IMG/VR virus record: IMGVR_UViG_3300037311_000519
Span: 1 to 27,609 of that record
Direction: 5' to 3' (one strand)
DNA from: a virus
Lineage: Duplodnaviria > Caudoviricetes
Length of the DNA stretch: 27,609 bases
Shown here: one piece after another, positions 16,333 through 24,977 of the stretch
Layout: every line of letters starts with the position of its first letter
How positions within the stretch are numbered: the first letter of the stretch is position 1
Made by a program: the position numbers and the translations under genes
The notes under the pieces: generated by a model
Told to the model about the DNA's origin: nothing
The model's database searches: none
What the model saw: only the letters and a program-made list of their open reading frames with translations

Positions 16333-17666
16333 CGCTCATCGTCAGCAACGCGGCCTCCACCGTGCTCGTCAAGCCCTTCGGCCTGCGCGGCGCGCCGGGG
16401 CCGGGCAATGTCCTGACCATCCAGGCGGTCAACACGCTCGCGCCCGGTGCGGCTGCGACGGTGACCGTGAGTGGGACGAGCCCATCGCAGGCGCTCACCT
16501 TTGGCATCCCGCGCGGGGCGCGCATCTTCAGCGGCTCGGCCGCGCCGGCCTCCATCGGCTCGCTGAGCGCGGCCAATGGCGACCTCTACGCCCGCACCAA
16601 CGGGCTGCTCTACCAGGTGCAGAGCAATGCCTGGGTCGAGATCGCCAATCTCATGGGGCCATCGGGGCAGAGCGTGTCCCTGCGCTTCGTGTCTCCGAAC
16701 CGCGTGGAATGGCGGCTCGGGGCCGGCTCATGGGCGCTGTTGTTCGAGGTGCCGGCGCTGACGGAGCTGACCGCCGCGCGCGATGCGGCAGCGTCATCTG
16801 CTTCATCGGCGGCTGGCTCGGCGGGCGCTGCGGCAGCGGCGGCGGAGATCGCCCAGCAGCACCGCGACGCGATCAACCCAGCCGCGTTCCTGCTGCGGGC
16901 CGGCGATGCGCTGACCGGCCCGCTCGAATGGTCGCCCGAACAAAGCCTGGCCTCCGCCGCCACGGTGAACCTTGGCGCGGCGACATCCAACCGCGTGCTC
17001 ATCACCGGCACGACCACGATCACCAGCTTCGGCACGGCCACGAACCGGTGGCGCTGGCTGCGCTTCGCCGGGGCGCTCACGCTCACCCACAACGCGACCT
17101 CGTTGATCCTGCCCGGCGGGGCCAACATCACGACCGCCGCTGGCGACACGGCGCTGGCCTTGAGCGACGGCGCGGGCAACTGGCGCGTGACCAACTACCA
17201 GCGCGCCTCGGGCCTGCCGCTGGTGCAGGCCGGCGGCACAGGCTGGACACAAATCGCCACCGCGACCATCTCGACGCCAGTCGCGGCGGTGGATTTCACC
17301 AGCGGGTTGACGGCTTACAGCGACATTCTGCTGCAATATAGCGGTGTCGCACATATCAATGCATCTGGTCGTGTAATTAACTTATCTATTTCTCAGAATG
17401 GCGGTTCAACATGGGCTGGAACCACGCAAATTTCGGGTGCTTTTACATCAACTCAAACGCTGTCTGGTGGCTATTCAATTACCAACCGAAATAGGCAAAT
17501 TGCGTTCGGCGGAGGAAGCGGCATACCGAGTAGTGTTATACCAAACATTGCGGGCTTCAATTCAGCAACAATCGTATTGGCGACGCCGGGGTTCGATGCA
17601 ATTCGAGTTCTTCTAAATCTCTCAGAGAATATGACAGCCGGCACGTTCACGCTCTTTGGCCGCTGA
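16329..17666 (+). CDS. Modular tail fibre / receptor-binding protein
   Basis: Short collagen-like GxxGxxG, 'LTFGIPRG', 'GDLYARTNG', an Ala-rich coiled segment, the module 'LASAATVNLGAA...LILPGGANITTAAGD...GNWRV..YQRASG', and a variable AT-rich C-terminal domain. Confidence 0.8.
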   Translation: MTLIVSNAASTVLVKPFGLRGAPGPGNVLTIQAVNTLAPGAAATVTVSGTSPSQALTFGIPRGARIFSGSAAPASIGSLSAANGDLYARTNGLLYQVQSNAWVEIANLMGPSGQSVSLRFVSPNRVEWRLGAGSWALLFEVPALTELTAARDAAASSASSAAGSAGAAAAAAEIAQQHRDAINPAAFLLRAGDALTGPLEWSPEQSLASAATVNLGAATSNRVLITGTTTITSFGTATNRWRWLRFAGALTLTHNATSLILPGGANITTAAGDTALALSDGAGNWRVTNYQRASGLPLVQAGGTGWTQIATATISTPVAAVDFTSGLTAYSDILLQYSGVAHINASGRVINLSISQNGGSTWAGTTQISGAFTSTQTLSGGYSITNRNRQIAFGGGSGIPSSVIPNIAGFNSATIVLATPGFDAIRVLLNLSENMTAGTFTLFGR

Positions 17667-17675
17667 GGACACGCC

Positions 17676-17999
17676 ATGAAAAAGCTCGTCAACGGCAAGA
17701 TCGTCACCATGAGCGCCGCCGAGGCCGCCGATTTCGCGCCCGCCCCGCCCGCGCCCCGCACCACCTTGCGCGCCTATCTCATGATCGCGCTCGACGAGGC
17801 CGGCAAGCTCGCCGCGGTGGAGGCCGCCGTGACCGCCCAGGGCGGCGCGGCCCTGCTGCTCTGGCGCGAGGCCGCCACCTTCAGCGAGGCCGACCCCGAA
17901 ATCATCGCCCTCGCCACCGCGCTCCAGATCAACCGCAAGGCCATCTGGGACCGCTGCGACGAGATCGCCGAAGCGCGAAGGCTCGCGAGGGCGGGGTGA
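17676..17999 (+). CDS. Putative tail fibre assembly chaperone
   Basis: GAGGA RBS, immediately after the fibre gene. 'KLVNGKIVTMSAAE' and 'WREAATFSEADPEIIALATAL' resemble small fibre-downstream proteins. Confidence 0.65.
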   Translation: MKKLVNGKIVTMSAAEAADFAPAPPAPRTTLRAYLMIALDEAGKLAAVEAAVTAQGGAALLLWREAATFSEADPEIIALATALQINRKAIWDRCDEIAEARRLARAG

Positions 18000-18066
18000 T
18001 GGCGGCCGTCGCGACCAGCGCGCTGCTCGAACTGCCATCGCCCTGCACGCGCGACCTTGCCCGCGC
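17973..18066. terminator. Long imperfect hairpin at the convergence of the tail operon and the moron
   Basis: 17991-18005 pairs with 18032-18046 over 15 bp (three G-U). Outer pairing of 17978-17987 with 18050-18058. No U tract. Confidence 0.45.
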
Positions 18067-18100
18067 GCAAGGCGGAGATCGAGGCGGGGGTGGTGGCCCT

Positions 18101-19327
18101 TTAGTGGTTCGCGATTTTGTCAAGAAATCCGATGACGCGATGCTCGGCCTTTTCCAAAGCGAAGGCATTCCAAACGGTCATCTCGATCAAGTGGAAAATC
18201 GCATCGAACTGCTCAACGCTGGAGATCGTGAATGGCCCGATCGGTATCCGCAAAGGCAAGCCCATGTTGTCGGCGTAGCTAAAGCCGCCGCGGCTGCCTC
18301 TCACCGATCCATCCTGCAAAATTTCCATGTCAAGCTCAAATGGCATATCGGGTTGCTTGACGTGATGACGAAGACGGGCTGCAAAAACCATCAGCTGCGC
18401 GGCGACGAGCGCGTAGTTTCGCGGGACATGGAAGTTGCCCGAACCTCTGTCCTTCATGCCTTGACAAAAGCCCAAAGCCTGGATTGTGCCGTCTGAAAGG
18501 AATGTCCACTCCTGTTCGTGCGGCTCATGATAGCGCACACCGTGCGCGGTCGGCTTCAACGAATGCGCGGAATAAGGCATCGAGAGAGCCGCACCGTGAA
18601 ACTCGCCGTACTGAGTGTTGCCAACCACAGCGCGCCATTCGTCGACCGTCAGATGCACGTTGAGATTGGCCTGGCTGACGATCGTGGCGCGAAACCAAAG
18701 GCCCGGGGATAGTGTCGCGTGTGGTTGCTCAGGATTGATCGGCGCTATCATCGCCGACGTTCTCATCGCCTCCAAGGCGCGTGCGCCCTCTTGGCGTATC
18801 ACCTGGAGGCGTTCGCGGCGTGTCCGCGTTTCCCAGAACATGTTTTGCAGGTCACGCATGGTCATGGCCTCCGATGACGATTCGCGGCGGATAAATGCCT
18901 TTGGGTGCTTGCCGAAGGCGTGAGGCGCGGCAAGCGAGGGAGTGACCTTGACGACGATGACACCGGCGTCCGGAACGTCAGGGTGAGGAATGACGTTGAA
19001 TTGCAGCCCAGCCAATGGAGGATCGATGAGATCACGCACCGCCCGTTCGAGGGGTTCCCGTCGGGTTGAGAGACGATGCACCAAATCCTTTTCGGTGATC
19101 CGGCAGACGGAATTCTCTTCACCAACACCGATGACAATCATTCCGCCATAAGCATTCGCGAAGGCCACGATGGCCTCCGCTATTTCATCCCTGGGCTTGT
19201 TGGCCCCTTGAGCGCTCCAGAGGCGGCCACTCTTGAATTCCAGCGTCTGCCCTTCAGCGACCGCATTCGCCTGCAACCTCTCAATATCCGACCAGTTCAC
19301 CTCAGAAATCGGTTTTGACTGGAACAT
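18101..19327 (-). CDS. Schlafen/AlbA_2-domain protein (moron; candidate anti-phage nuclease)
   Basis: N-terminal 'WSDIERL....VAEGQTLEFKS...EAIVAFANAYGGMIVIGVGE...IDPPL...VVKVTPS..APH...FIRRESSSEAMT'. GGAGG on the minus strand at 19343-19339 favours the ATG at 19327 over the GTG at 19339. Lower GC than the flanks. Confidence 0.88.
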   Translation of the reverse strand: MFQSKPISEVNWSDIERLQANAVAEGQTLEFKSGRLWSAQGANKPRDEIAEAIVAFANAYGGMIVIGVGEENSVCRITEKDLVHRLSTRREPLERAVRDLIDPPLAGLQFNVIPHPDVPDAGVIVVKVTPSLAAPHAFGKHPKAFIRRESSSEAMTMRDLQNMFWETRTRRERLQVIRQEGARALEAMRTSAMIAPINPEQPHATLSPGLWFRATIVSQANLNVHLTVDEWRAVVGNTQYGEFHGAALSMPYSAHSLKPTAHGVRYHEPHEQEWTFLSDGTIQALGFCQGMKDRGSGNFHVPRNYALVAAQLMVFAARLRHHVKQPDMPFELDMEILQDGSVRGSRGGFSYADNMGLPLRIPIGPFTISSVEQFDAIFHLIEMTVWNAFALEKAEHRVIGFLDKIANH

Positions 19328-19513
19328 GTCTATGGGCACCTCCGCTCAACGCGGGCCCAGCGCCCGCGCACGATCGGTGGCATGATTCGCTGTCGCCCGA
19401 ACGACCCATCGTGCGCTGATCCACGCGATCAACAGGCCAATGGCGCGCTTGCGTGGCGGGCGGCGCGCCTGCTAGCTAGGCAGTGTCCATCTGGGCCCGC
19501 CGCACGGCCCTTC

Positions 19514-19533
19514 CCGTGACGCGCGTCACGGTC
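19514..19533. promoter_or_regulatory. Second copy of palindrome CCGTGACGCGCGTCACGG(+TC), upstream of the sheath operon
   Basis: Exact match to 6423-6442. A -10-like GCTAGACC at 19553-19560 sits at nearly the same spacing. Confidence 0.75.
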
Positions 19534-19599
19534 CGGCACTCTCCCCCCTCCGGCTAGACCTCCTGCAGCCCATTCCCATGCTGCCGAGGGTCCCGCTCC

Positions 19600-20808
19600 A
19601 TGCCGGTCACCGATTTCTTCCATGGCGTCCGCGTCTTCCAGCGCGGCGAGACCACGCGGCCCATCGCGGTCGGTGATTATTCCAAGCTCGGCGCGGTGGT
19701 CATCGCGCCCAATGCCGACCAGGCCTTCTATCCAGAGGATGTCGCCAAGACGATCTTCACCAATGACGCCGCCGCGCTGACCAAGCTCGGCACCGGCGGC
19801 AATGTCGACGCGACCATCGACGCGATCATCGATCAGGGCATCGACGCCGAGATCGATATCGTGCGGGTGCCGCTGGGCGGTGGCACGGGGCAAGCACAGA
19901 TCGAGGCGACGATGGCCAACATCGTCGGGTCGGGGTCCGACTTCAGCGGCGTGCACGCCTTCAAGCAGTCTTCAACGCCGCCGAAAATCCTGTTCTGCGC
20001 GGGCTACACCAGCCAGCGCATCGCCAACGCCAAGAACCCTGTCATGGCGGAGATGAAGGGCGTGGCGGACCGACTGCGCTCGATCTACATCGGCGAAACG
20101 CCGTCCGGCACGAAGGAAGCGGCCGAAATCTACCGCAACGATTTTCCGGACGACAAGCGCGCCTATCTCTTCCACCCGGCGGTGACGGTCTTCCGCGGTG
20201 GCCAGAGCATCGTCGAGGCGGCCTCCGGCCGGGTCGCGGGGCTTTTCGTCAAGCGCGACAAGGAGCTGGGCGGCCCCTGGGCGAGCCCCTCCAACCAGAC
20301 GATGGGCGGCATCACCGGCCCCTCGCGGCCGATCGCCTACTACAACGGCCAGACGGACAGCGAGGCGAACTGGCTCAACCAGCGCCAGATCACAACCCTC
20401 CGGCGCGGCCACATCCTGTGGGGCAACCGCACCTGCGCCCAGGACCCGCTCGAGGCGTTCGTCAACGTCGTCCGCGTGCTCGACATGGTCGACGAGGCCG
20501 TCGTCAACAATTTCATGTGGGCGATCGACAAGACCCAGAGCGTGCCGCTCGGCACGGCGATCGTCCAGTCGCTCGACAGCTTCCTGGATGAGCTGGTGGC
20601 CAATGGGGCCATCCTCGGCGGCCGGGTGTGGTTCGAGAGGCCGCTGAACAGCAACGAGGCGCTGGCCTCGGGCATCCTCAAGATCTCGTTCGACCGGGAG
20701 CCTGCCGCCCCGCTCGAAGACCTGCAGTTCCTCGCAGGCCGCAACCTGACCTACTACGCCACGCTCGCCGACGGCATCCTGCAGTCGCTTGAGCGGCAGG
20801 CCGCCTGA
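19600..20808 (+). CDS. Tail sheath protein (P2 FI-like)
   Basis: 'FFHGVRV', 'PKILFCAGYT', 'PWASPSNQ...GITG..RPI', 'EANWLN...ITT', 'LWGNRT' and 'FVNVVRV.DMV'. Confidence 0.95.
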   Translation: MPVTDFFHGVRVFQRGETTRPIAVGDYSKLGAVVIAPNADQAFYPEDVAKTIFTNDAAALTKLGTGGNVDATIDAIIDQGIDAEIDIVRVPLGGGTGQAQIEATMANIVGSGSDFSGVHAFKQSSTPPKILFCAGYTSQRIANAKNPVMAEMKGVADRLRSIYIGETPSGTKEAAEIYRNDFPDDKRAYLFHPAVTVFRGGQSIVEAASGRVAGLFVKRDKELGGPWASPSNQTMGGITGPSRPIAYYNGQTDSEANWLNQRQITTLRRGHILWGNRTCAQDPLEAFVNVVRVLDMVDEAVVNNFMWAIDKTQSVPLGTAIVQSLDSFLDELVANGAILGGRVWFERPLNSNEALASGILKISFDREPAAPLEDLQFLAGRNLTYYATLADGILQSLERQAA

Positions 20809-20822
20809 CCGGAGAGGCCCCG

Positions 20823-21365
20823 ATGACCACGATCCCGCTCCTGCTGATCCAGGGCCACAACGCCTACGTCGAGTACCAGGCCGACCAGTCGCGCAACTGC
20901 CACCTTGCGCTCGGCAAGGCCAAGCTGCCGGTCAACAAGGAAACCTATGACGACGTGCAGCTCGCCGGCGTCAACGGCTCGATGGAGATGCGCACCGGGG
21001 CCGAGGCCTGCATGCTCGGCTTCGACCTCAAGGGCATGCAGCCCGACATTCTGCCGCTGACCCAGCTGCCCATGGGCGAGCGGCTCAAGGTCACGATTTT
21101 TGGCGTGCTCGTGAACGAATACGCCGAGGGCGCGGCCGAGCGCGAAATCCAGGTCACCGCGACGGCCTATGGCCGGCTCAACGCCGAAATCGGCGAGTTC
21201 ACCACAGGCCCGATGGGCACGGACTTCGAGCTGCGTTCGATCTCGAAATACAATCTCGTCGTGCGCACCGAGGAAATGTGCCGCTGGAACGTCAAGCTCG
21301 GCGGCTGGCAGTCGATCGGCGGGCAGCGCACGCGGTTCAACCAGATGCTCGGCATCGTCGGATGA
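20823..21365 (+). CDS. Tail tube protein (P2 FII-like)
   Basis: 180 aa directly after the sheath. 'KLP', 'AGVNG.ME..TG.E' and C-terminal 'IGG.......MLGI'. Confidence 0.82.
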   Translation: MTTIPLLLIQGHNAYVEYQADQSRNCHLALGKAKLPVNKETYDDVQLAGVNGSMEMRTGAEACMLGFDLKGMQPDILPLTQLPMGERLKVTIFGVLVNEYAEGAAEREIQVTATAYGRLNAEIGEFTTGPMGTDFELRSISKYNLVVRTEEMCRWNVKLGGWQSIGGQRTRFNQMLGIVG

Positions 21366-21826
21366 GCCGCTTTCCGCCCGATCCCGACCTCGCGCCGATC
21401 ACGCCGCCGCCGGGTATGCCGACCTTCAACGGTCCGCCGCCCGCCGCCTCGCCCTTGGGCGAAGCAACGGTGGGCGGGGCCGCTGTGGTCGCTGGCGCGC
21501 CACGCATTGGCCGTCTCAGCCCGGCGGCGTGGGGCGCGTCGGTCGCGCTGGAGCATGCCATCACGGTCGATGATGCGCCGCTCACCACGCTCGCGATCAG
21601 CCGCCTCACGGTGGGGGACATGGTCGACCTCCTGATGGAGGATGAACCGGCCCACGATCTCAGCCTCAGGGTCCGCGCCAGAATGTGCGGCGTGCATCCG
21701 GCGGTGCTGCTCGCCTTGTCGGCTGATGACGGGGAGCGGGTGGCCGAAGCCTGCCGCCCTTTCTTGCCCCGCGACATCGCCGCGACCGAAACGATGAGCG
21801 CCGCCGCCGAGGCCGGCCCGGGCTGA
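21362..21826 (+). CDS. Tail assembly chaperone (P2 gpE / Mu gp41-like)
   Basis: ATGA overlap with the tube gene. 'VALEHAITVD...TTLAISRLTVGD' and 'LSADDGERVAEA..PFL'. Lies between tube and tape measure. Confidence 0.85.
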   Translation: MSRFPPDPDLAPITPPPGMPTFNGPPPAASPLGEATVGGAAVVAGAPRIGRLSPAAWGASVALEHAITVDDAPLTTLAISRLTVGDMVDLLMEDEPAHDLSLRVRARMCGVHPAVLLALSADDGERVAEACRPFLPRDIAATETMSAAAEAGPG

Positions 21827-21972
21827 GGCGCGGGCTCCGCGCGATCCCCGCGCTCGCCGCGACCGTCGCCCATGTGCTGCACACGCCGATTGACCAGGTG
21901 ATGGGCTGGCCGCTCGACCGGCTCTTCCTGTGGCATGACGAGGCCGCGCGCCTTTACGGCGCAGAGGCCTGA
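21757..21972 (+). CDS. -1 frameshift extension of the tail chaperone (gpE+E'-like)
   Basis: Slippery C CCT TTC at 21757-21763. The -1 frame is open to TGA at 21970-21972 and encodes ...LAATVAHVLHTPIDQVMGWPLDRLFLWHDEAARLYGAEA. Confidence 0.8.
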   Translation, partial: PFLAPRHRRDRNDERRRRGRPGLRRGLRAIPALAATVAHVLHTPIDQVMGWPLDRLFLWHDEAARLYGAEA

Positions 21973-21983
21973 GGGAGACGCCC

Positions 21984-24977
21984 ATGTCCATGAAGGTCAG
22001 CCTCATCCTCGACCTCGTGAACCGCATGGCGCCTGGCGCGCAGGCGGCGAAGCGTGAGCTCAAGGGCCTGAAGGACGCCGCGCGCCAGATCGACGGCCAG
22101 CGCGCCGGGCAGGGGTTGGCGCAGACGCTGGCGCGGGCCGGGCGCGCGGCCGACGCCACCGAACGCCAGCTGCGCGAAGCTGGCCGTGAGGCCCGCGCGC
22201 TCGATGGCCAGCGCGCCGGGCAAGGTCTTGCAGCCTCGCTGACGCGCGCCGGGCGCGCGGCCGACCAGGCGGAGCGCCAGCTGCGCGAAGCAGGCCGGGA
22301 GGCCCGCGCGCTCGATGGCCAGCGCGCCGGGCAGGGTCTGGCGCAGACGCTGGCGCGCGCCGGGCGCGCGGCCGACCAGGCGGAGCGCGAGGTCAAGGGC
22401 CTCAACCGTGAGACCAGGCGGCTCGGGCAGGAGAGTGGCGCGGACCGTGCGGCCGCCGGGCTCGACCGGCTCAGGCGACAAAGCGAGCGGGCGCGACGCG
22501 AGCTGCAACAGGTGCGCCGCGAGCTGCGCGAAACCGGCAAAAGCAGCGCCGGTTTCGGCGCAGTGGCGCTCACGGGGCGCAAGAAGCCGGGGGCCCAGGC
22601 AGGCGCAGGTGTGCAGGCCCCGGCGGCTGGCGCGGCAGGCGGGCTCGTGGCCGCAGGCGGGGCGCGCCTGATGGGCGGGCTCGTCGCGGCCGGGGGCGTC
22701 TATGGCGGCGTGCGCGGCACGGTCGGGCAATCGGTCAGCTTCGAAAAAGCGATGGCCGATGTGCAGAAGAAGGTCGATGTGCCGGAGGGCGAAAGCCTGA
22801 CCGGTCTGGAGCGGATGATCCGCCGGACCGCCATCGAAATCGGTCTGGCGCGCGAGCAGGTTGCGGGGCTGGTGGCGGAAGCCGGCGCGGCCGGCGTGCC
22901 CTTCGCCGAACTCGAGCGCTGGACCAAGCTGACGGCGAAGGCGGCGATCGCCTGGGACATGCCGGCGCGCCAGGCCAGCCAGAAGCTGGCCGAGATCAAG
23001 GCCGGCACCGGCATGACACTCGACCAGATCGAGGAGCTCGCCGACAAGGTCAATGGGCTCGGCGACACCAGCGCCGCGAAAGAAGGCCAGATCGTCGAGA
23101 TGTTCCAGCGCGCCGGTGCGGCCGCGAAGGCCGCCGGCGTCGACTTCGACGCGTCGCTCGCCTTCCTGACCGCGCTGAAAGCCATCGGCATCAACGAGGA
23201 AAGCGCCTCGCGCGGGTTCAACGCCTTCGCCTCCACCCTGCGCATCGCCAGCGACAAGCCCAAGCGTGTGGCCGAAGGGCTGAAAATGCTCGGCCTCAGC
23301 GCCAAGGAGGTCGAGGAGGGCATGAAGACAAACGCGACCCGCAACATGATCGATGTGCTGGAGCGTCTCGAGACATCGGGCGACAAGGCCAAGGCGGCCG
23401 TGAAGATCTTCGGTCAGGAATGGTGGGACGAGGTAGCGCGGGCCGGGCAGGCCATTCCGGAAATCCGCAAGAACCTCGCCTATATCGGCTCGGGCAAATG
23501 GCGCGGCTCTCTCGACAAGGGCCTCAACATCGAGCTTGCGACCACGGCGAACCATCTGGAGCGGCTCAAGGCGCTGTCGTCCGAGGTCGGGGACAGGCTG
23601 GGGCGTTGGGCGCTGCCCGGCATCAATGCGGCGATCGAACGGCTGATTGCAGGCCTCGACGCGCTCGACAAGCGGGCCGAAGACAAGCAGGAGGTGGCCG
23701 CGACCGCCAAGCAGGTGGCCGAAGGCCAGCCGCTCACGCCTGAGCAACGCCGCAAGATGGCGGACGATGCCGTCTTTCGGACCGAAGTCGAGGTGGCGGC
23801 GAAGGAGCAGAGGGACGCTGAGGCGACCCGCCGCGAGGCCGAGACCCGCGCGAGCCTGCGCCGCGAGAGCCAACAGGGCGAGGATGCCGGCCCGCGCGTG
23901 GCCGAGCGGCGCGCGGCGATCGAGGCGCAGATCAAGGCGCTCGAAAGCCGTCGCGACGCCATCCCGCGCGGCACGATCGGGCGGGAGACCATCGCCGTGC
24001 CCGGCATCAACCGCCAGATCGCCGCCAAGCGGGCCGAGCTCGATGCGCTCGCCAGCCGCACGGACCGCGGCGATGACGGGAGCGGCGAGCGGCAGGCCAT
24101 GCGCCTGCGCAATCTCGCGCGCGCCAAGCTCGATCAGGAGATCGATGATCTCGCGAAGGGGCTCGCGATCCGCGACCCCTCGGGCCGCGACAGCGCGACG
24201 CTGGGCGATCGCCGCAAGCTTGAAAGCCTGCGCGGCCGGCGACGCGCGCTCGGAGACGCCGAACAGGTGCGCGAAACCCCGCTGATGGATCGCAGCGACG
24301 CCGATGAGACCCGCGCCCGGCGCGGCTTCTCGGCCGCCGCCCAGGCCCGCAGCGAGATCGAGGCGCTGCGCCAAAGGCTCGCCGTGATCGACAGTCTGAC
24401 GGCCGGCGCGGGCAATGCGGCGGACCGCGCGGGCTTCCGCGCCGATGGCGATCAGCTGCATGGGCAAATCGCCCGCAAGAGCGCGCCCGAGGCGATCGCC
24501 GCGAGCCGCTTCGGCTTCGGGCCCGGCGGCGCGCCGAAGACGTCGCCGCCGCACGGGCCAACCATGTCGGGGCTCAATGCCTTCGGCGTCGGCTCCGCCG
24601 GCCAGAACAAGCAAGGCCAGGCGGCCGCCGACTATGTCCGCGACATGAAAGCCAGGATGGAAATCGATTTCGGGGACGCCGGCGTCCCGCTGATGGAGCG
24701 GCTCGCCGCCGGCATCCGCACGGGCGGTGCTGGCGTGACCGCCGCCGCCGGCGAGGTGGGCGACGGCGTGAAAAGCGCGTTCGCGGGTGCGGACCTGAAC
24801 GGGGCGGGCCTGTCGATGATGGCGGGGCTCGCCGCCGGCATCCGTGCCGGCGGCGCGCAAGCGATCGCCGAAGCGCAGAAGGTCGCCCAAGCCGTGAAGA
24901 GCGCCGCCGCGAGCGGGGCGGGCGGCGGCGGGTCATCGCGCGCGGTCAGCGGCGCGCTGCATGATGGGGTGGTGTGA
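21984..24977 (+). CDS. Tail tape measure protein (TP901-type core)
   Basis: 997 aa, helical and Ala-rich. 'FEKAMADVQKKVD', 'LADKVNGLGD.SAA' and 'IFGQE'. GAGGGAG RBS. Confidence 0.95.
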   Translation: MSMKVSLILDLVNRMAPGAQAAKRELKGLKDAARQIDGQRAGQGLAQTLARAGRAADATERQLREAGREARALDGQRAGQGLAASLTRAGRAADQAERQLREAGREARALDGQRAGQGLAQTLARAGRAADQAEREVKGLNRETRRLGQESGADRAAAGLDRLRRQSERARRELQQVRRELRETGKSSAGFGAVALTGRKKPGAQAGAGVQAPAAGAAGGLVAAGGARLMGGLVAAGGVYGGVRGTVGQSVSFEKAMADVQKKVDVPEGESLTGLERMIRRTAIEIGLAREQVAGLVAEAGAAGVPFAELERWTKLTAKAAIAWDMPARQASQKLAEIKAGTGMTLDQIEELADKVNGLGDTSAAKEGQIVEMFQRAGAAAKAAGVDFDASLAFLTALKAIGINEESASRGFNAFASTLRIASDKPKRVAEGLKMLGLSAKEVEEGMKTNATRNMIDVLERLETSGDKAKAAVKIFGQEWWDEVARAGQAIPEIRKNLAYIGSGKWRGSLDKGLNIELATTANHLERLKALSSEVGDRLGRWALPGINAAIERLIAGLDALDKRAEDKQEVAATAKQVAEGQPLTPEQRRKMADDAVFRTEVEVAAKEQRDAEATRREAETRASLRRESQQGEDAGPRVAERRAAIEAQIKALESRRDAIPRGTIGRETIAVPGINRQIAAKRAELDALASRTDRGDDGSGERQAMRLRNLARAKLDQEIDDLAKGLAIRDPSGRDSATLGDRRKLESLRGRRRALGDAEQVRETPLMDRSDADETRARRGFSAAAQARSEIEALRQRLAVIDSLTAGAGNAADRAGFRADGDQLHGQIARKSAPEAIAASRFGFGPGGAPKTSPPHGPTMSGLNAFGVGSAGQNKQGQAAADYVRDMKARMEIDFGDAGVPLMERLAAGIRTGGAGVTAAAGEVGDGVKSAFAGADLNGAGLSMMAGLAAGIRAGGAQAIAEAQKVAQAVKSAAASGAGGGGSSRAVSGALHDGVV
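22080..22390 (+). repeat. About 2.8 tandem 111-bp (37-aa) repeats in the tape measure N-terminus
   Basis: The DGQRAGQGLA unit starts at 22092, 22203 and 22314 (111-bp period). Confidence 0.92.

Noticed and set aside
17330-17666. Diversity-generating retroelement or invertible (Gin-type) fibre cassette
   Set aside because: No reverse transcriptase, template repeat, invertase or inverted second tip is visible in the window.
17996-18496. 166-aa plus-strand ORF overlapping the stop of the chaperone gene
   Set aside because: Mostly antisense to the AlbA_2 gene and runs through a hairpin; no family features. Translation cannot be fully excluded.
22080-22390. CRISPR-like array
   Set aside because: Contiguous in-frame coding repeats with no unique spacers and no cas genes.
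21954-24890. 978-aa minus-strand ORF
   Set aside because: Antisense shadow of the tape measure gene caused by high-GC codon bias; no recognisable motifs.
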